Source: Octopus bimaculoides (Eukaryota). Taken from it: a stretch of 64,000 nt of DNA. Below the pieces are notes generated by a model. The model did no database searches and was not told the origin of the DNA. It saw only the letters and a program-made list of their open reading frames with translations. Shown here piece after piece: positions 1 to 12,973 of the stretch. Position 1 is the first letter of the stretch. Each line of letters starts with the position of its first letter. Position numbers and translations under genes: made by a program. The stretch is from assembly GCF_001194135.2 (NCBI RefSeq), contig NC_068985.1:19168186-19232185 (forward strand). The letters are read 5' to 3'.

Positions 1-951
1 TTGAATGTAGACTATAAAGAGCCAGAAGAAATGCCGCTAAGCATTTTGTCCGACGTGTTAAGGGTTCTGCCGGCTTGCCACTTTCATAACAATTAGCAAA
101 TTGGTGTTAATTCTACCATATTTATAATAAATTACTTCATTTGCTTGAAGTTTTTAAGTATTATAATAATAGCTATAATTCTTTGAATTTATATTTCTAA
201 ATTTGATTAATGACTCAGTTTAATGACTGAATTAATCTTGATTTATAAAACTTTAAGTCACGTATCAAGGTTTTTGTCGGTTGAAAGGAGAAAGCAGTCG
301 CTGTTGTGAGAGAGGTGAACTAGAGAGAAAGAAGTTACATTGATAGAAAGGCTTGATAGATAAAGAGATTGGTTGGAATTTAATAGTTGGGAGTTAGAAG
401 CTTGTGAGATAGGCAACCATAAGCAGAGGATTAAATACAGAGAATGACGGCAAAAAGTGTTAGAGAGGAAGAGAGAGCGTTACTTAGAGAGATGTAGGAA
501 GAAGAAAGATAAAGATCTATAATAAGAGGTAATGTGATAAAAGAACAGAGGTATAGAGAGTGAGCGAATGACGAACGAGAAGAGAGAGAGAGAGAGAAAG
601 AGAGAGAGGAAGTGTGTGTGTGAGAGAGAGAGAGAGGGGGAGCCACTTTCGTGTATGATATCGAAGTGGGAAAAGGAGAGAAAGAGTCAGAATTTTATTG
701 CGATAAAAAGAGAGTATGTACATGTATGTGTACTCTTTTAATTGTTTCAGTAATTTGACTGTGGCCATGCTAGAGCACCGCCTTTAGTCGAGCTAATCGA
801 CCCCAGGACTTATTCTTTGTAAGCCTAGTACTTACTCTCTCGGTCTCTTTTGCCGAACCGCTACGTTACGGGGGACGTAAACACACCAGCATCGGTTGTC
901 AAGCGATGTTGGGGGACAAACACAGATACACAAACATATACACACACATGC

Positions 952-1300
952 ATAGCGTTCATACACAAATAATTTTTCTCGTCTGACCGTAAAGCCTTTT
1001 CTGTTTGTTTTCCTGTCTTGTTTTGTGTCCGCCACTACATTCCTCCATGGCAAGATTTAATTTGTGTATACAAATTTAATTTGCGGTCCATGGGAAGAGC
1101 CGTTTTAACGATGCGTCCTGCCCAGCTCTTCGAAACGCCGGTGTTAAAACGGGGGTAGCTGATGAAGTAGAATGTTCTCTATGTGGCTTGTGTGTTTTCT
1201 CGTCTACGTTTTGTTTGCAATGTCCTGTACCCAGATATGCACCTATACATACAGGTGGATGTCGGTATGCACATACCTGTACGTATATATGCATATACCC
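952..1300 (+). mobile_element. Non-coding element with rearranged hammerhead ribozyme core (subfamily 1), inserted in the internal microsatellite of a SINE-B copy
   Basis: Homologous to 11829-12255: shared TAGCGTTC start, TTTTCCTGTCTTG(T/G)TTTGTGT block and TGTCCTGTACCC-GATATGCA 3' block. It separates the tail (728-950) and head (1344-1510) of one minus-strand SINE. Confidence 0.75.
1100..1172 (+). ncRNA. Hammerhead-ribozyme-like motif, strand order GUC / GAAA / CUGAUGA
   Basis: GTC at 1115-1117, GAAA at 1132-1135, CTGATGA at 1159-1165. Stem I CTGCCC(1118-1123)/GGGTAG(1153-1158); stem III GCGT(1113-1116)/ACGC(1135-1138), extended by CCGTTTTAAC/GTTAAAACGG. Stem II is weak (4 of 5 pairs). Confidence 0.6.
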
Positions 1301-1311
1301 ATTTACTATTT

Positions 1312-1345
<34 letters not shown>

Positions 1346-1517
1346 GACGGGCTTCTTTCAGTTTCCGTCTACCAAATGCACTCACAAGGCTTTGGTCGGC
1401 CGGAGGCTATAGTAGAAGACACTTGTCCAAGGTGCCACGCAGTGGGACTGAACCCGGAATCATGTGGTTCGTAAGCAAGCTACTTACCACACAACCACTC
1501 CTACGCCTGTGTGTATG

Positions 1518-1555
<38 letters not shown>

Positions 1556-2318
1556 TGCATGTATATATATAAAGAGAGGAAGAGAGAGAAAGAGAGAGAC
1601 GAAATAAGGAAGTATATAAGAATTATTGAAAGGAGGCAGAAATAAACCCTGTCATTTTTGACAGGTACTACGCAGGTTCTCATATAACTCTGGCTATGTG
1701 TTATCTAATGTCTTTATACTGTAATTCCCTTGCCAACCTTAACCTTCTTTCACTAACATGCAGATATATCTTCTAGCATAAGATTTATTCTGTATTACGG
1801 TGTAGGTTTCCGAAACTTCGCGATAATATAATCACTTTGTTCTGTTCTTTTCTCACCATTCCATAATGAGATTTACCTTCAGATTTTAGAGTGTGATCTT
1901 TCCCAGATTAAAAGAAAGGTAAGAGATAATTTCCCATTAATTTTATCGTGTGTGAACATATTGATATCTACTGTTACAGAAGATAATAAACAGTATAAAT
2001 AGTTCCTGGTCTGTACACAGTCTGTAGTTCGTACAGTCTCTCACTCATAGACTGCTATTGTTGCTGGTGTTGTTATTGTTGTTGCGGCTGCTTAACCCCA
2101 GGTCAGCCATGTTTGAGTTGAATATACATATGATCAATATCGTTCTTGTTGTGCCCGTCCCGTCTTTTTGTATATCAAAACTACGTTCAATGTATCTTGC
2201 CCTTGTTTAAAACGGTAGGCTGTATTTGAAGGAACTTAGTTGTTATCTTTAGTGAGGAGAACGACCACATAGAATCTTCCTCAATAGAAGGAAATGCATC
2301 ATTATTTCTTTTAATATA

Positions 2319-2680
2319 AGGCGGCGAGCTGGCAGATCGTTGGCACGTGGGGAAAAATGCTTAGAGGCATTTTGTTCGTCTTTGGTCTGAGTTCAAGTTT
2401 CACCGAGGTCGACTTTGCCTTTCGGGATCGATAAAATAAGTACCAGTTTAATACTGAGGTCGATGTAATCGACTTTTGCCCTCCCCTAAGTTACTGGCCT
2501 TGTGCCAAAACTTGAAACCAATATCAGGTGACTAATTAAGGCAGTGAGCTGGCAGACTCGTTACCGCGTCGGTCAAAATGTTTAGCTGCATCTTTTCCGA
2601 CTCCATGTTCTGAGTTCAAAATTGGCGTAGGCTGAGTTTTTCTTTTTATCCTTCCTGGGTCGTTAAAATTCTTTCCACTA
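2319..2680 (+). mobile_element. Two tandem tRNA-derived SINE family A copies
   Basis: GGCGGCGAGCTGGCAGA head, GAGTTCAAAT B-box-like motif, GAGGTCGACTTTGCCTTT...GGTCGATAAAATAAGTACCAG core. Confidence 0.85.
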
Positions 2681-5061
2681 TTTTTTTATTCTTTTACTTG
2701 TTTCAGTCATTTGACTGCGGCCACGCTNNNNNNNNNNNNNNNNNNNNNNNNNNNNNNNNNNNNNNNNNNNNNNNNNNNNNNNNNNNNNNNNNNNNNNNNN
2801 NNNNNNNNNNNNNNNNNNNNNNNNNNNNNNNNNNNNNNNNNNNNNNNNNNNNNNNNNNNNNNNNNNNNNNNNNNNNNNNNNNNNNNNNNNNNNNNNNNNN
2901 NNNNNNNNNNNNNNNNNNNNNNNNNNNNNNNNNNNNNNNNNNNNNNNNNNNNNNNNNNNNNNNNNNNNNNNNNNNNNNNNNNNNNNNNNNNNNNNNNNNN
3001 NNNNNNNNNNNNNNNNNNNNNNNNNNNNNNNNNNNNNNNNNNNNNNNNNNNNNNNNNNNNNNNNNNNNNNNNNNNNNNNNNNNNNNNNNNNNNNNNNNNN
3101 NNNNNNNNNNNNNNNNNNNNNNNNNNNNNNNNNNNNNNNNNNNNNNNNNNNNNNNNNNNNNNNNNNNNNNNNNNNNNNNNNNNNNNNNNNNNNNNNNNNN
3201 NNNNNNNNNNNNNNNNNNNNNNNNNNNNNNNNNNNNNNNNNNNNNNNNNNNNNNNNNNNNNNNNNNNNNNNNNNNNNNNNNNNNNNNNNNNNNNNNNNNN
3301 NNNNNNNNNNNNNNNNNNNNNNNNNNNNNNNNNNNNNNNNNNNNNNNNNNNNNNNNNNNNNNNNNNNNNNNNNNNNNNNNNNNNNNNNNNNNNNNNNNNN
3401 NNNNNNNNNNNNNNNNNNNNNNNNNNNNNNNNNNNNNNNNNNNNNNNNNNNNNNNNNNNNNNNNNNNNNNNNNNNNNNNNNNNNNNNNNNNNNNNNNNNN
3501 NNNNNNNNNNNNNNNNNNNNNAGACACTTCTCAATCCAGTACTACTGGAGTTAGAATGACTTCAGTTTTGAAGATGTCTAAACCATCACACTGTTTTTCA
3601 TATTTAATGTTATTTTCGTTCACATTTAACATAGTTTCTCGAAAATTCATCCTAGTATAATTTGATGAGAGAGTAGGAGGAGAAGGTAGAAAGAGAGAGA
3701 GAGAGAGAGAGAAGAGGATGGGCAGGTAACAAATAAAAATTATGTAAATATTTACATTTCAGTTTGTACACATATAAACAGACGTGTGTATCAATACTTT
3801 CAAGCATAGCGATAAATATTGTTGATCGTGTGAATGTGTGTATGTATATGTGTGTGTGTGTGTGCGTGCGCGTGTGCGTGCGTGCGTACATGTGTATATG
3901 CGTAAATGTGTAGGCATGTGCTTATATTAAGAAAAGTAAATTACATTATTCCTAGTATCAACAGCAATGCCTAAAATATTTTCAAAACACGTCTGCTTCT
4001 GTGAAATAAATATACGGTTGTTAATAAGGGCAAGGTTCCAGAAGTTGGCACTTAATACATTTCCGTATTTCTGTCTATCTTTTTGTGTTAGCGTTATTCC
4101 TTCTTCCTTCATTTTTTTCTTTCTTTTTTTTTTGCGTTAATGTCCAACATTATTTCCTAGATATAAGTATTTGAAATTGGATCGGTAACACGGAAGTAGA
4201 TTTTGATGTTTCTTTAAATGGAAACTCCAATAGCCTTGGCTGATAACAGTGTTTTTCATATCATACATACAAGAAATAATGTATACTGCAATATTGTAAA
4301 ACAATGAAAATACATACGCACACACACACAAAAACAAAACAAATAACATTATTCGACTCCAAGGAAAAGAATAACGTAATTTGTATGGTTTTAATTGGCC
4401 CAATTCCATGTTCGCTTTCATTCTAGAAGGCGAAGGATTAAATAACAAGGCCAAATAATTCTATTTGTTTGCCTAAGCTAATTTCATAGAAAGTTCTATA
4501 CGGGACGCGTTAGATAAATGCTTGGTGCTGTATATTAAACATATGTATACTTAAATTAACACTGTTATACATACATGCATACATACATACATACATACAT
4601 ACATACATACATACACACACAAACACAAGCACACACATATGGATATGTATGCATATATGTTGCATTTATATGTATACAGATATATCTATATATATGTGCG
4701 TATATGTATATAGGTACATGTATATATCTCTCTCTCCCGCTTTCTTTCTCTATAATTTATATATACATACATACATACGTTATATATATATATATATATA
4801 TATAGATATATATAATGTAGGTAGGTAGATAAATAAATGGATACCCTGTTCGTTTGATAAGCAAGATGTATAGCCATATGTGTCTGTTTAATGTTTTGAA
4901 ATAGTGTTTTTGGTGCAGACATACAAAACGAACGCGATAGAAAATAGCAATAAAAAGCCTATATCTCTTTTTATTTATGCTTTTATTGTCTTTACTTCTA
5001 TATTTTAAACCGTCTAACAATGTCGTTGTCACACTAGCAGTCTACAAAATAAGTTTTAAAA

Positions 5062-5220
5062 CCCTTTATCTTGAGCTTCCGTATGCATGTATCACATCTT
5101 TGTTATATTGAGCCTCCGTATGCGTATATCTCAAACCTTTATCTTCAGACTCCATATGCGTGTATGAAACACTTTTTTTCATGCCGAGGCTCCGAATGTA
5201 TATATCACACACTTTTTTCT
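5062..5220. repeat. Degenerate minisatellite, ~4 x 36-40 bp
   Basis: Recurring TTGAGC(T/C)TCCGTATGC.T.TATC.CA..C.TT motif. Confidence 0.6.
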
Positions 5221-6632
5221 TCTTTATTCTAGATTTCATCTAACAACCGAGATTCGATTGTGAAACATTTTCCTTGTTATTCTGACACTGAAAGGAAAGA
5301 GATCATGTTTAAGGAACCTAAACGAAGCTTTCTTCGAACTACAATATATAGGTAAACTAGCAGAGGCACCCGGCGTTGCTCGGGAATGAAATTGTTGCTT
5401 ATATACTTGAAGAAAAAAAGGCAAAATATGCTGTATAGAAATTTGAGAGGACATTCTGTAGATGGACTCTCAGATGAATGATGGCTGAGCGCCTCTCATG
5501 AATGGGGAAAATTGAAGATGTGCCAAAAAGCCTCATTGGTACTTGGAAACTTTTACGAAAATTAAAATGTGGATTAAATGAAAAAAACGATTTACGTGAA
5601 TATCCTCACAAGAGTAATTGAAATAAATGGCGATTGTGGAACCCCCCACGCGCGCGCGCGCATACACACGTGTGTCTTTGTAAATATGTTTGTATACATT
5701 TATGTATGTGTGTGTTTGTAAGAGACAGAGTGTGAGTGAGTCAAGTGGTGTGTGTGTGCGTGTGTATGTGTGTGAGACAGAGTGAGAGAGCGGTGTGTAT
5801 GTAGTATTTACTCTCTCTCTCTCTCTCTCATACACACAAACACTCACACACAAAATAGAGAGTGAAGGTTTTTGCCGTTGTTACGTCAATACCGGAAGTT
5901 GACATTGAGGAACCTTTTTAAAGAAGTGAATCTTAAATATAAAGCAATATTATTTATTTTTAATTAAAAAATCAAATGAAGAGCCTAAGATTTATCCGAG
6001 GTCAAATCATTCACGCATCACAAGTATGGAAGCATTTGGTGAAGTCGATTTCACGTGAAAAGCGATTACACACACATCTCTGTTTTATATATAGTATAGA
6101 TGAGGACTGAACGGTGTCTGTGTTTTCAGTTTATTAACTGAAGTTTATTAACTTTTGTACCAAAAGGTAATGGATAAGGGGAGAAGCCATTAAAATGTAC
6201 GCCAGAACTAAAAAGGTAAAAATGTACATCGCAAATCGACTCCGCAGCAAAGTATATTTTGAAGTTGATAAGAAGGGGTCACTTGGTATCTAGAAAAATT
6301 TATCTGATAAGAATATTTTATATAAGATTACAATGTAAACATTTAACATATGTCAAAAATATCATAGTAAAATATTTACAACTATACGACCATATGCTGT
6401 CTAGATAAGTTGATAATTGAAATTATGGCAGGTGTTTTTTTTTTTTTGCGGTAAAGGCTCGAAAGAAGAAGTAATAAACGATAATGAAAATTCTCAAAAT
6501 TTGTTTTTTCAGGATGTTGTGCTGTAGGAATCGTATCCTGTAGTATATGCTAACACTTAAATAAAATAGTAAAATAGAGAAATTTGTATATACGGCATGA
6601 TCAGAATAGTCGGAAGAAAAATATCTAATAAG

Positions 6633-6830
6633 CGTAGGTATGGCTACGTGGTTAAGAAACTTGCTTTGAAACTACTTGGTTTCGAATTCAGACCCATTGC
6701 GCTGCACCTTAGATAAGTCTTCTAGGACAGACATGAATGAATTTAGTTATATATATATATATATGCAACGGGCCTCTATACAGTTTATATGTATTCGTGT
6801 GCGCGTGTGTGTGTGTTTGTGTTTGTGCGT

Positions 6831-6869
<39 letters not shown>

Positions 6870-7057
6870 TGTGTGCGTGTGTACCTTTGCGTCTGTGTTT
6901 GCTCTCCTGCCGCTTGGCAACCCATGTTGGTTTGTTCATCGTAACTCGATGCTTCGGGAAAACAGACCGAGAGGATAAGTACCAGACTTAAAAACATGTA
7001 CTGGAATCGATTTGTTCATGACGGTGCTACAGCATGGCCACAGTCCAATGACTGGAA
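6633..7057 (+). mobile_element. SINE family B
   Basis: Head, internal (TG)n and tail motifs as in other copies. Confidence 0.8.
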
Positions 7058-8308
7058 NNNNNNNNNNNNNNNNNNNNNNNNNNNNNNNNNNNNNNNNNNN
7101 NNNNNNNNNNNNNNNNNNNNNNNNNNNNNNNNNNNNNNNNNNNNNNNNNNNNNNNNNNNNNNNNNNNNNNNNNNNNNNNNNNNNNNNNNNNNNNNNNNNN
7201 NNNNNNNNNNNNNNNNNNNNNNNNNNNNNNNNNNNNNNNNNNNNNNNNNNNNNNNNNNNNNNNNNNNNNNNNNNNNNNNNNNNNNNNNNNNNNNNNNNNN
7301 NNNNNNNNNNNNNNNNNNNNNNNNNNNNNNNNNNNNNNNNNNNNNNNNNNNNNNNNNNNNNNNNNNNNNNNNNNNNNNNNNNNNNNNNNNNNNNNNNNNN
7401 NNNNNNNNNNNNNNNNNNNNNNNNNNNNNNNNNNNNNNNNNNNNNNNNNNNNNNNNNNNNNNNNNNNNNNNNNNNNNNNNNNNNNNNNNNNNNNNNNNNN
7501 NNNNNNNNNNNNNNNNNNNNNNNNNNNNNNNNNNNNNNNNNNNNNNNNNNNNNNNNNNNNNNNNNNNNNNNNNNNNNNNNNNNNNNNNNNNNNNNNNNNN
7601 NNNNNNNNNNNNNNNNNNNNNNNNNNNNNNNNNNNNNNNNNNNNNATTAGGGTTATAAAGAAAATAAATACAGGGGTCGATTCGTTCGACTAAAACTCTT
7701 CAAGGCGGTGCCCCACCATGGCCATAGTCTAACAACTGAAACAAGAGATAACAGATGAAATCTTTTTCTTTTTTACTTGTTTCACAACCGCTGTTGGTGT
7801 TTTGGCGTTTACGTTCACGTAACTTAACGGTTCAGCGAAAGTGACCGATAGAATGAGTACCAGGGTTAAAAAAAAAGGAACTAGGATCCATTCATTCGTC
7901 TACAAATTCGTCAAGGCGGTGCCCCAGCATGACCGCTGTCTCATGGCTGAAACGAGTAAAAAAAAAAATATATAAGCCTTGTCAGTGTTCTTTTGAAGTA
8001 AAATCTGTTGATATAGTTTAGTGTAACACTCATTGCTTATAGTACTAGCTTATATTTATTACTTGTTGCATTCATTTCATATTTGCGGACCGGAGAGTAA
8101 GTAACACTCTTGATGTCGACATTTCAGTCGGAATCATAAATCTCTAATGTAGCAGCTTAATAGTGTTACTGGTATTGTTGCTGATATTTNNNNNNNNNNG
8201 TATTGTTGCAGATATTTTCACGAAAAAGAAACATAAGTCGAACGCCATTTTGTCCTTTACTCATATTGTTAATATGTTGCTATTTTAATTTTTTTTTAAA
8301 GGATGTTT

Positions 8309-8522
8309 AAGGTGGCGAGCTGACAGAATCGTTAGCACGCGTAAAATGCGTAGCGGTATTTCGTCTATCTTTATGCCCTGAATTCAAATTCCACCGAGGT
8401 CGATGTTGCTTTTCATTCTTTCGCGGTCGATAAATGAGTACCAGTTGAGTGCTGGGGTTAGTGTAATCGAATTAGTCCTTCCCCCAGAATTGCTAGTCTT
8501 ATGCCAAAATTTGAAACCAATA
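8309..8522 (+). mobile_element. SINE family A
   Basis: Same head and core. Another copy at 9735-9930 flanks the mariner on the other side. Confidence 0.8.
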
Positions 8523-8537
8523 TGTTATTTTTTTTCT

Positions 8538-9725
8538 AGTGTCAAAAGGTCCCCAGACTAATTCTGTAACGCGCCAACAGTTGCGTGCGCAGTGAGAGCT
8601 AGTAGTGACCTTCGTGAGGCAGTGACATCACTGTGTTTACTTTGAAAGTTGTGAAATTTGTGCTTTTATGATCACGTGTATGCTGTAATCTGCAATTTTA
8701 TCATGTCAGAGACATTGAGCATGCTTCGGCAAGCCTACGGCGATGGGTCGTACGCAATGTTTCGAGTGGCACGTGTGCTTCAAAAGTGAAAGAACGTCTC
8801 TGGAAGACGACGAGAGATCTGGAAGAACTGCAGCAAGTGTCACCCCAGAAATGCGGAGAGAATGCATCAGCTAGTGTATGAGGATCATCGGGAACAATCA
8901 ACAACAATGCTGATGTTTTTGTCTGTCCTTATGGATCCGTGCAGGCAATCCTAACGCCTGAATTGAACATGCTGCGTGTCTCTGCCAAGTTTGTCTCTTG
9001 CCTGCTGACCATAGAGCAGAAAAAAACATCACGTGATATCTGTCAAGATCTCCACTCAGTGTGCCATTTATGATCCATCCTTCGTGTCGACGATCATCAC
9101 CGGTGACGAGAGCTGGGTCTACGAGTACTACCCTGAGACGAAGCAGCAGTCGTCACAATGGAAGGGAACTTCATCTCCGCGACTGAAGAAGGCACGGCAG
9201 AGCCGCAGCTCGATCAAGAGCATGCTCATCGTTTCTTTCGACATCCAAGGTATTGGGTATCGAGAATTCGTCCCCCAGGGCCAGACCGTTAATTTAGAGT
9301 TCTACTGCAACATTTTGAAGTGTTTGAGGGAGGACATTCGGTGAAAGCGACCGGACCTGTGGAGCGCAAAGAATTGGATCCATCACGATGATAACGCACC
9401 ATGTCACCGGGCTCCCTTCACTTGTAAGTTTCTCGCCAAAATAACACGGTGTCGCTTCCGCACCCGCCCTGTTCGCCAGATTTAGAACCTGCGGACTTCC
9501 ATCACTTCTCCAAGATGAAAATGCAGCTCGGAGACCGTCGTTTCAACACCGTTGTCGAGATCCAGAGCAAGTCATAGAAGGCTGGATTCCCAAAGTGGTA
9601 GGAATGCTAGGACTGGTGTATTGCTGCGCAAGATGACTATTTCGAAGGATATGATGTTGAAACTTAGGTAAATAAGTTATTTTTTTATTAAACATAAATA
9701 GTGCAGAAACTTTGATACCATGTCG
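8538..9725 (+). mobile_element. Mariner (DD34D) transposon, near full length, decayed
   Basis: Frameshifted transposase: MLRQAYGD..., IITGDESWVYEYYPETKQQSSQW, HDDNAP, SPDLxPADF, DYFEG. Degenerate TIRs at both ends. Confidence 0.9.
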
Positions 9726-10532
9726 GCTCCTTATACGCCGAGCTTGCTCAATCGTTAGCACGTCAGACAAAATGCTTAGCGGCATTTCTTGTGGTTATTT
9801 ATATTCTGAATTTAAATCCTGCTGAGGTCAACTTTGCCTTTCATCTCTTCGTAGTCGATAAAATACAGCACCGGTCAAGAACTGGTGTCGATATAATCAG
9901 TCTGTCCCCTCTCTTCAAAATTGCAGGCCTTTAACTAATGTTATGATCTCTTTCATTTATACACCACAGAGACTTGGTAACCAGCCTTATAAATCCTGGT
10001 ACTCAAGAGAAACAAATGGGTGTACAGATAGCATAGTCAACCTCAAGTATTTATGATAAAATTCTTCTATTTGAAAACGTTAGTTCACATCATATGTTTA
10101 GATGTTGAGAGTGGATTGAAGTGTGTACTGAAAGTTTACTTAAAAAAGAAATGCTTCTTCTCTCACCCACCATTGAAGTGTCACTCATATGTAATGAATA
10201 TCGTCAGTATAGAACAAGATATCGTCGAACAGATTTTGACCCAGTTTGATTGCCAGATGAATTCACTTCACTTGCATAGCTAATGCACGAACGCGGATAG
10301 AATGACTACAATATCATCCCTGCTCCTATAAATATCTTATTTTGTACTTTAGGTAAGAAATCGCGACGTTGATATGTTTATTTTATAGCAAAATGTTTCT
10401 AATTAACTAGCTAAATATTTTGACTCTCAAATTTTACTTGCGTATAAATTCAACGAACATTATAAATATGAGCATTTTTATTTTAAGCGAAAATAAAAAC
10501 TTGTTTTGATAAGTCTAAGCAAATGTTCGTGA

Positions 10533-10850
10533 AGGCGCGTGGCTTAGTGGTTAGGGTATTTGGCATACGAGCGTGAAGTCGTGTGTTCAATTTCTGGAGG
10601 CATTGTATCCTTGAACAAAATACTTTATTTCACGTTGCTTCAGTCCACTCATCGGGCCAAAATGAGTAGTACCTGTATTTCAAAGGGTCAGTCTTGTCAT
10701 ACTCTGTGTCACGCTGAATCTCCTTGAGAACTACGTTAAGGGTACGCGTGTGGAGCACTCAGCTACTTGTACGTTAATTTCATGAGCAGGCTGTTCCGTT
10801 GATCGGATCAGAAGGAACTCTCGTCGTCGTAATCGATGGAGTGCCAGGCA
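10533..10850 (+). mobile_element. tRNA-derived SINE family C
   Basis: GTGGCTTAGTGGTTAGGG A-box, GTGTTCAATTTC B-box-like motif, ACTTTATTTCACGTTGCT core shared with 37970-38275. Confidence 0.75.
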
Positions 10851-11344
10851 TTAAAAAAACAAAACAAATGTCTTTTGTCTTAATAGTAACTGATCTATAG
10901 GACGAAAGATGATCGGCTTCTGGGATCTTCGAATTTTTTTTCTTTTCAATGCATGTAACATGCATCAAAAGGGGAAACTTTCAACAATGATATAATAGAG
11001 GCATTATAAAAATTTGTAATTTGTGCACAAAACCAGCAATTTTGAGTTCCCATTACTTACATAGTATATTATTTTATCGACTTCGAAAGGCTGAAAGGGA
11101 AAATNNNNNNNNNNNNNNNNNNNNNNNNNNNNNNNNNNNNNNNNNNNNNNNNNNNNNNNNNNNNNNNNNNNNNNNNNNNNNNNNNNNNNNNNNNNNNNNN
11201 NNNNNNNNNNNNNNNNNNNNACCTCGGCACTTAAAGAGTCGGAAGAAGCTAAATAAAGCGGTTTGGCAGACCTTCTGACGATTCTGTCAATCTACCATCT
11301 TGAACAAGAAGATTGTAATGATTATTAATAAAATAAGTTTTGTG

Positions 11345-11384
<40 letters not shown>

Positions 11385-11790
11385 TGTGTGTGTGTGTGTG
11401 TCTCCTCCACCGCTACTTGACAACGTAGCGGCTAGAATAATTAGCAGGCTTTAAAATACGTACAGGAGTCAATTTGTTCGACTAAACCTTTCAAGGCGAT
11501 GCTCCAGCATGACCGCAGTCGAATGACTGAAAGAAGAAAAAGATCTCATTTTGTTGACTAAGAAATGGTTAAGATACTTAACACTGAGTTTTTATTCTTT
11601 TATTTGTTTCCGTCACTTGACTGCGGCCATGCTGGGGCACTGCCTTTAGTTGAAGAAATCGACCCCAGGACTTATTCTTTGTATGCCTAATTCCTATTCT
11701 ATCGGTCTCTTTGCCGAACCACCAAGTTACGGTGATATAAACACACCAACATCGGTTGTCAAGCGATGGTAGTGGGACAAACACAAACAT

Positions 11791-11828
<38 letters not shown>

Positions 11829-11830
<2 letters not shown>

Positions 11831-12250
11831 GCTCTCGTGTGACCTGTGGTCAGCTTTCTTTTCACTCCAGCCGCTGTGAAGGCAAGACGAACTACTAGCG
11901 TTCTACCTCAGATTTGCGTTTGGCCGTACGGCTTTTGAATGTTGTTTTCACTGTCCATTTTTTCCTGTCTTGGTTTGTGTTTGCCACCTTGGAATCCTCT
12001 GTGTAGTTGGTTGATCCACTACTCAGGAAGAGACTATTCTAGAGTACGTCCTGTCTGGTCTTCGAAACGTCTGGATAGAATAGAGACAGCTGATGAAGGG
12101 ATATTCCAAGGGGCTTTCCGTTTTCCTATGTGTTCGTTCCGTTGTCTGTAGTTTATTGTTCTAACGTCCTGTACCCTGATATGCATGTATATACACATGT
12201 AGATGTAAGTATGTACATATATGTGTGTATACATGTATATATATTCTTTG

Positions 12251-12255
<5 letters not shown>
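11829..12255 (+). mobile_element. Non-coding element with rearranged hammerhead core (subfamily 2), copy a
   Basis: Flanked by (TA)n. Lies between the tail (11595-11800) and head (13010-13165) of a minus-strand SINE-B. Diverged homologue of 952-1300. Confidence 0.75.
12034..12102 (+). ncRNA. Hammerhead-ribozyme-like motif, strand order GUC / GAAA / CUGAUGA
   Basis: GTC at 12048-12050, GAAA at 12064-12067, CTGATGA at 12090-12096. Stem I CTGTCT/AGACAG (6 bp, perfect); stem III ACGT/ACGT, extended by CTATTCTA/TAGAATAG. Stem II is weak. Confidence 0.65.
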
Positions 12256-12292
<37 letters not shown>

Positions 12293-12551
12293 NNNNNNNN
12301 NNNNNNNNNNNNNNNNNNNNNNNNNNNNNNNNNNNNNNNNNNNNNNNNNNNNNNNNNNNNNNNNNNNNNNNNNNNNNNNNNNNNNNNNNNNNNNNNNNNN
12401 NNNNNNNNNNNNNNNNNNNNNNNNNNNNNNNNNNNNNNNNNNNNNNNNNNNNNNNNNNNNNNNNNNNNNNNNNNNNNNNNNNNNNNNNNNNNNNNNNNNN
12501 NNNNNNNNNNNNNNNNNNNNNNNNNNNNNNNNNNNNNNNNNNNNNNNATAT

Positions 12552-12973
12552 CTGCTCTCGTGTGACCTGTGGTCAGCTTTCTTTTCACTCCAGCCGCTGT
12601 GAAGGCAAGACGAACTACTAGCGTTCTACCTCAGATTTGCGTTTGGCCGTACGGCTTTTGAATGTTGTTTTCACTGTCCATTTTTTCCTGTCTTGGTTTG
12701 TGTTTGCCACCTTGGAATCCTCTGTGTAGTTGGTTGATCCACTACTCAGGAAGAGACTATTCTAGAGTACGTCCTGTCTGGTCTTCGAAACGTCTGGATA
12801 GAATAGAGACAGCTGATGAAGGGATATTCCAAGGGGCTTTCCGTTTTCCTATGTGTTCGTTCCGTTGTCTGTAGTTTATTGTTCTAACGTCCTGTACCCT
12901 GATATGCATGTATATACACATGTAGATGTAAGTATGTACATATATGTGTGTATACATGTATATATATTCTTTG

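Larger units (their letters stand above)
728..1510 (-). mobile_element. tRNA-derived SINE family B, split by the HHR element
   Basis: Head AGGCGTAGGAGTGGTTGTGTGGTAAG...GGTTCAGTCCCACTGCGTGGCACC at 1344-1510; tail ending GCATGGCCACAGTCAAATTACTGAAAC at 728-950. Confidence 0.85.

Noticed and set aside
6500-6560. Possible exon after TTTTTTCAG (GCCAVGIVSCSIC*)
   Set aside because: There is only an acceptor-like signal, no good donor, and the peptide is too short to assess.
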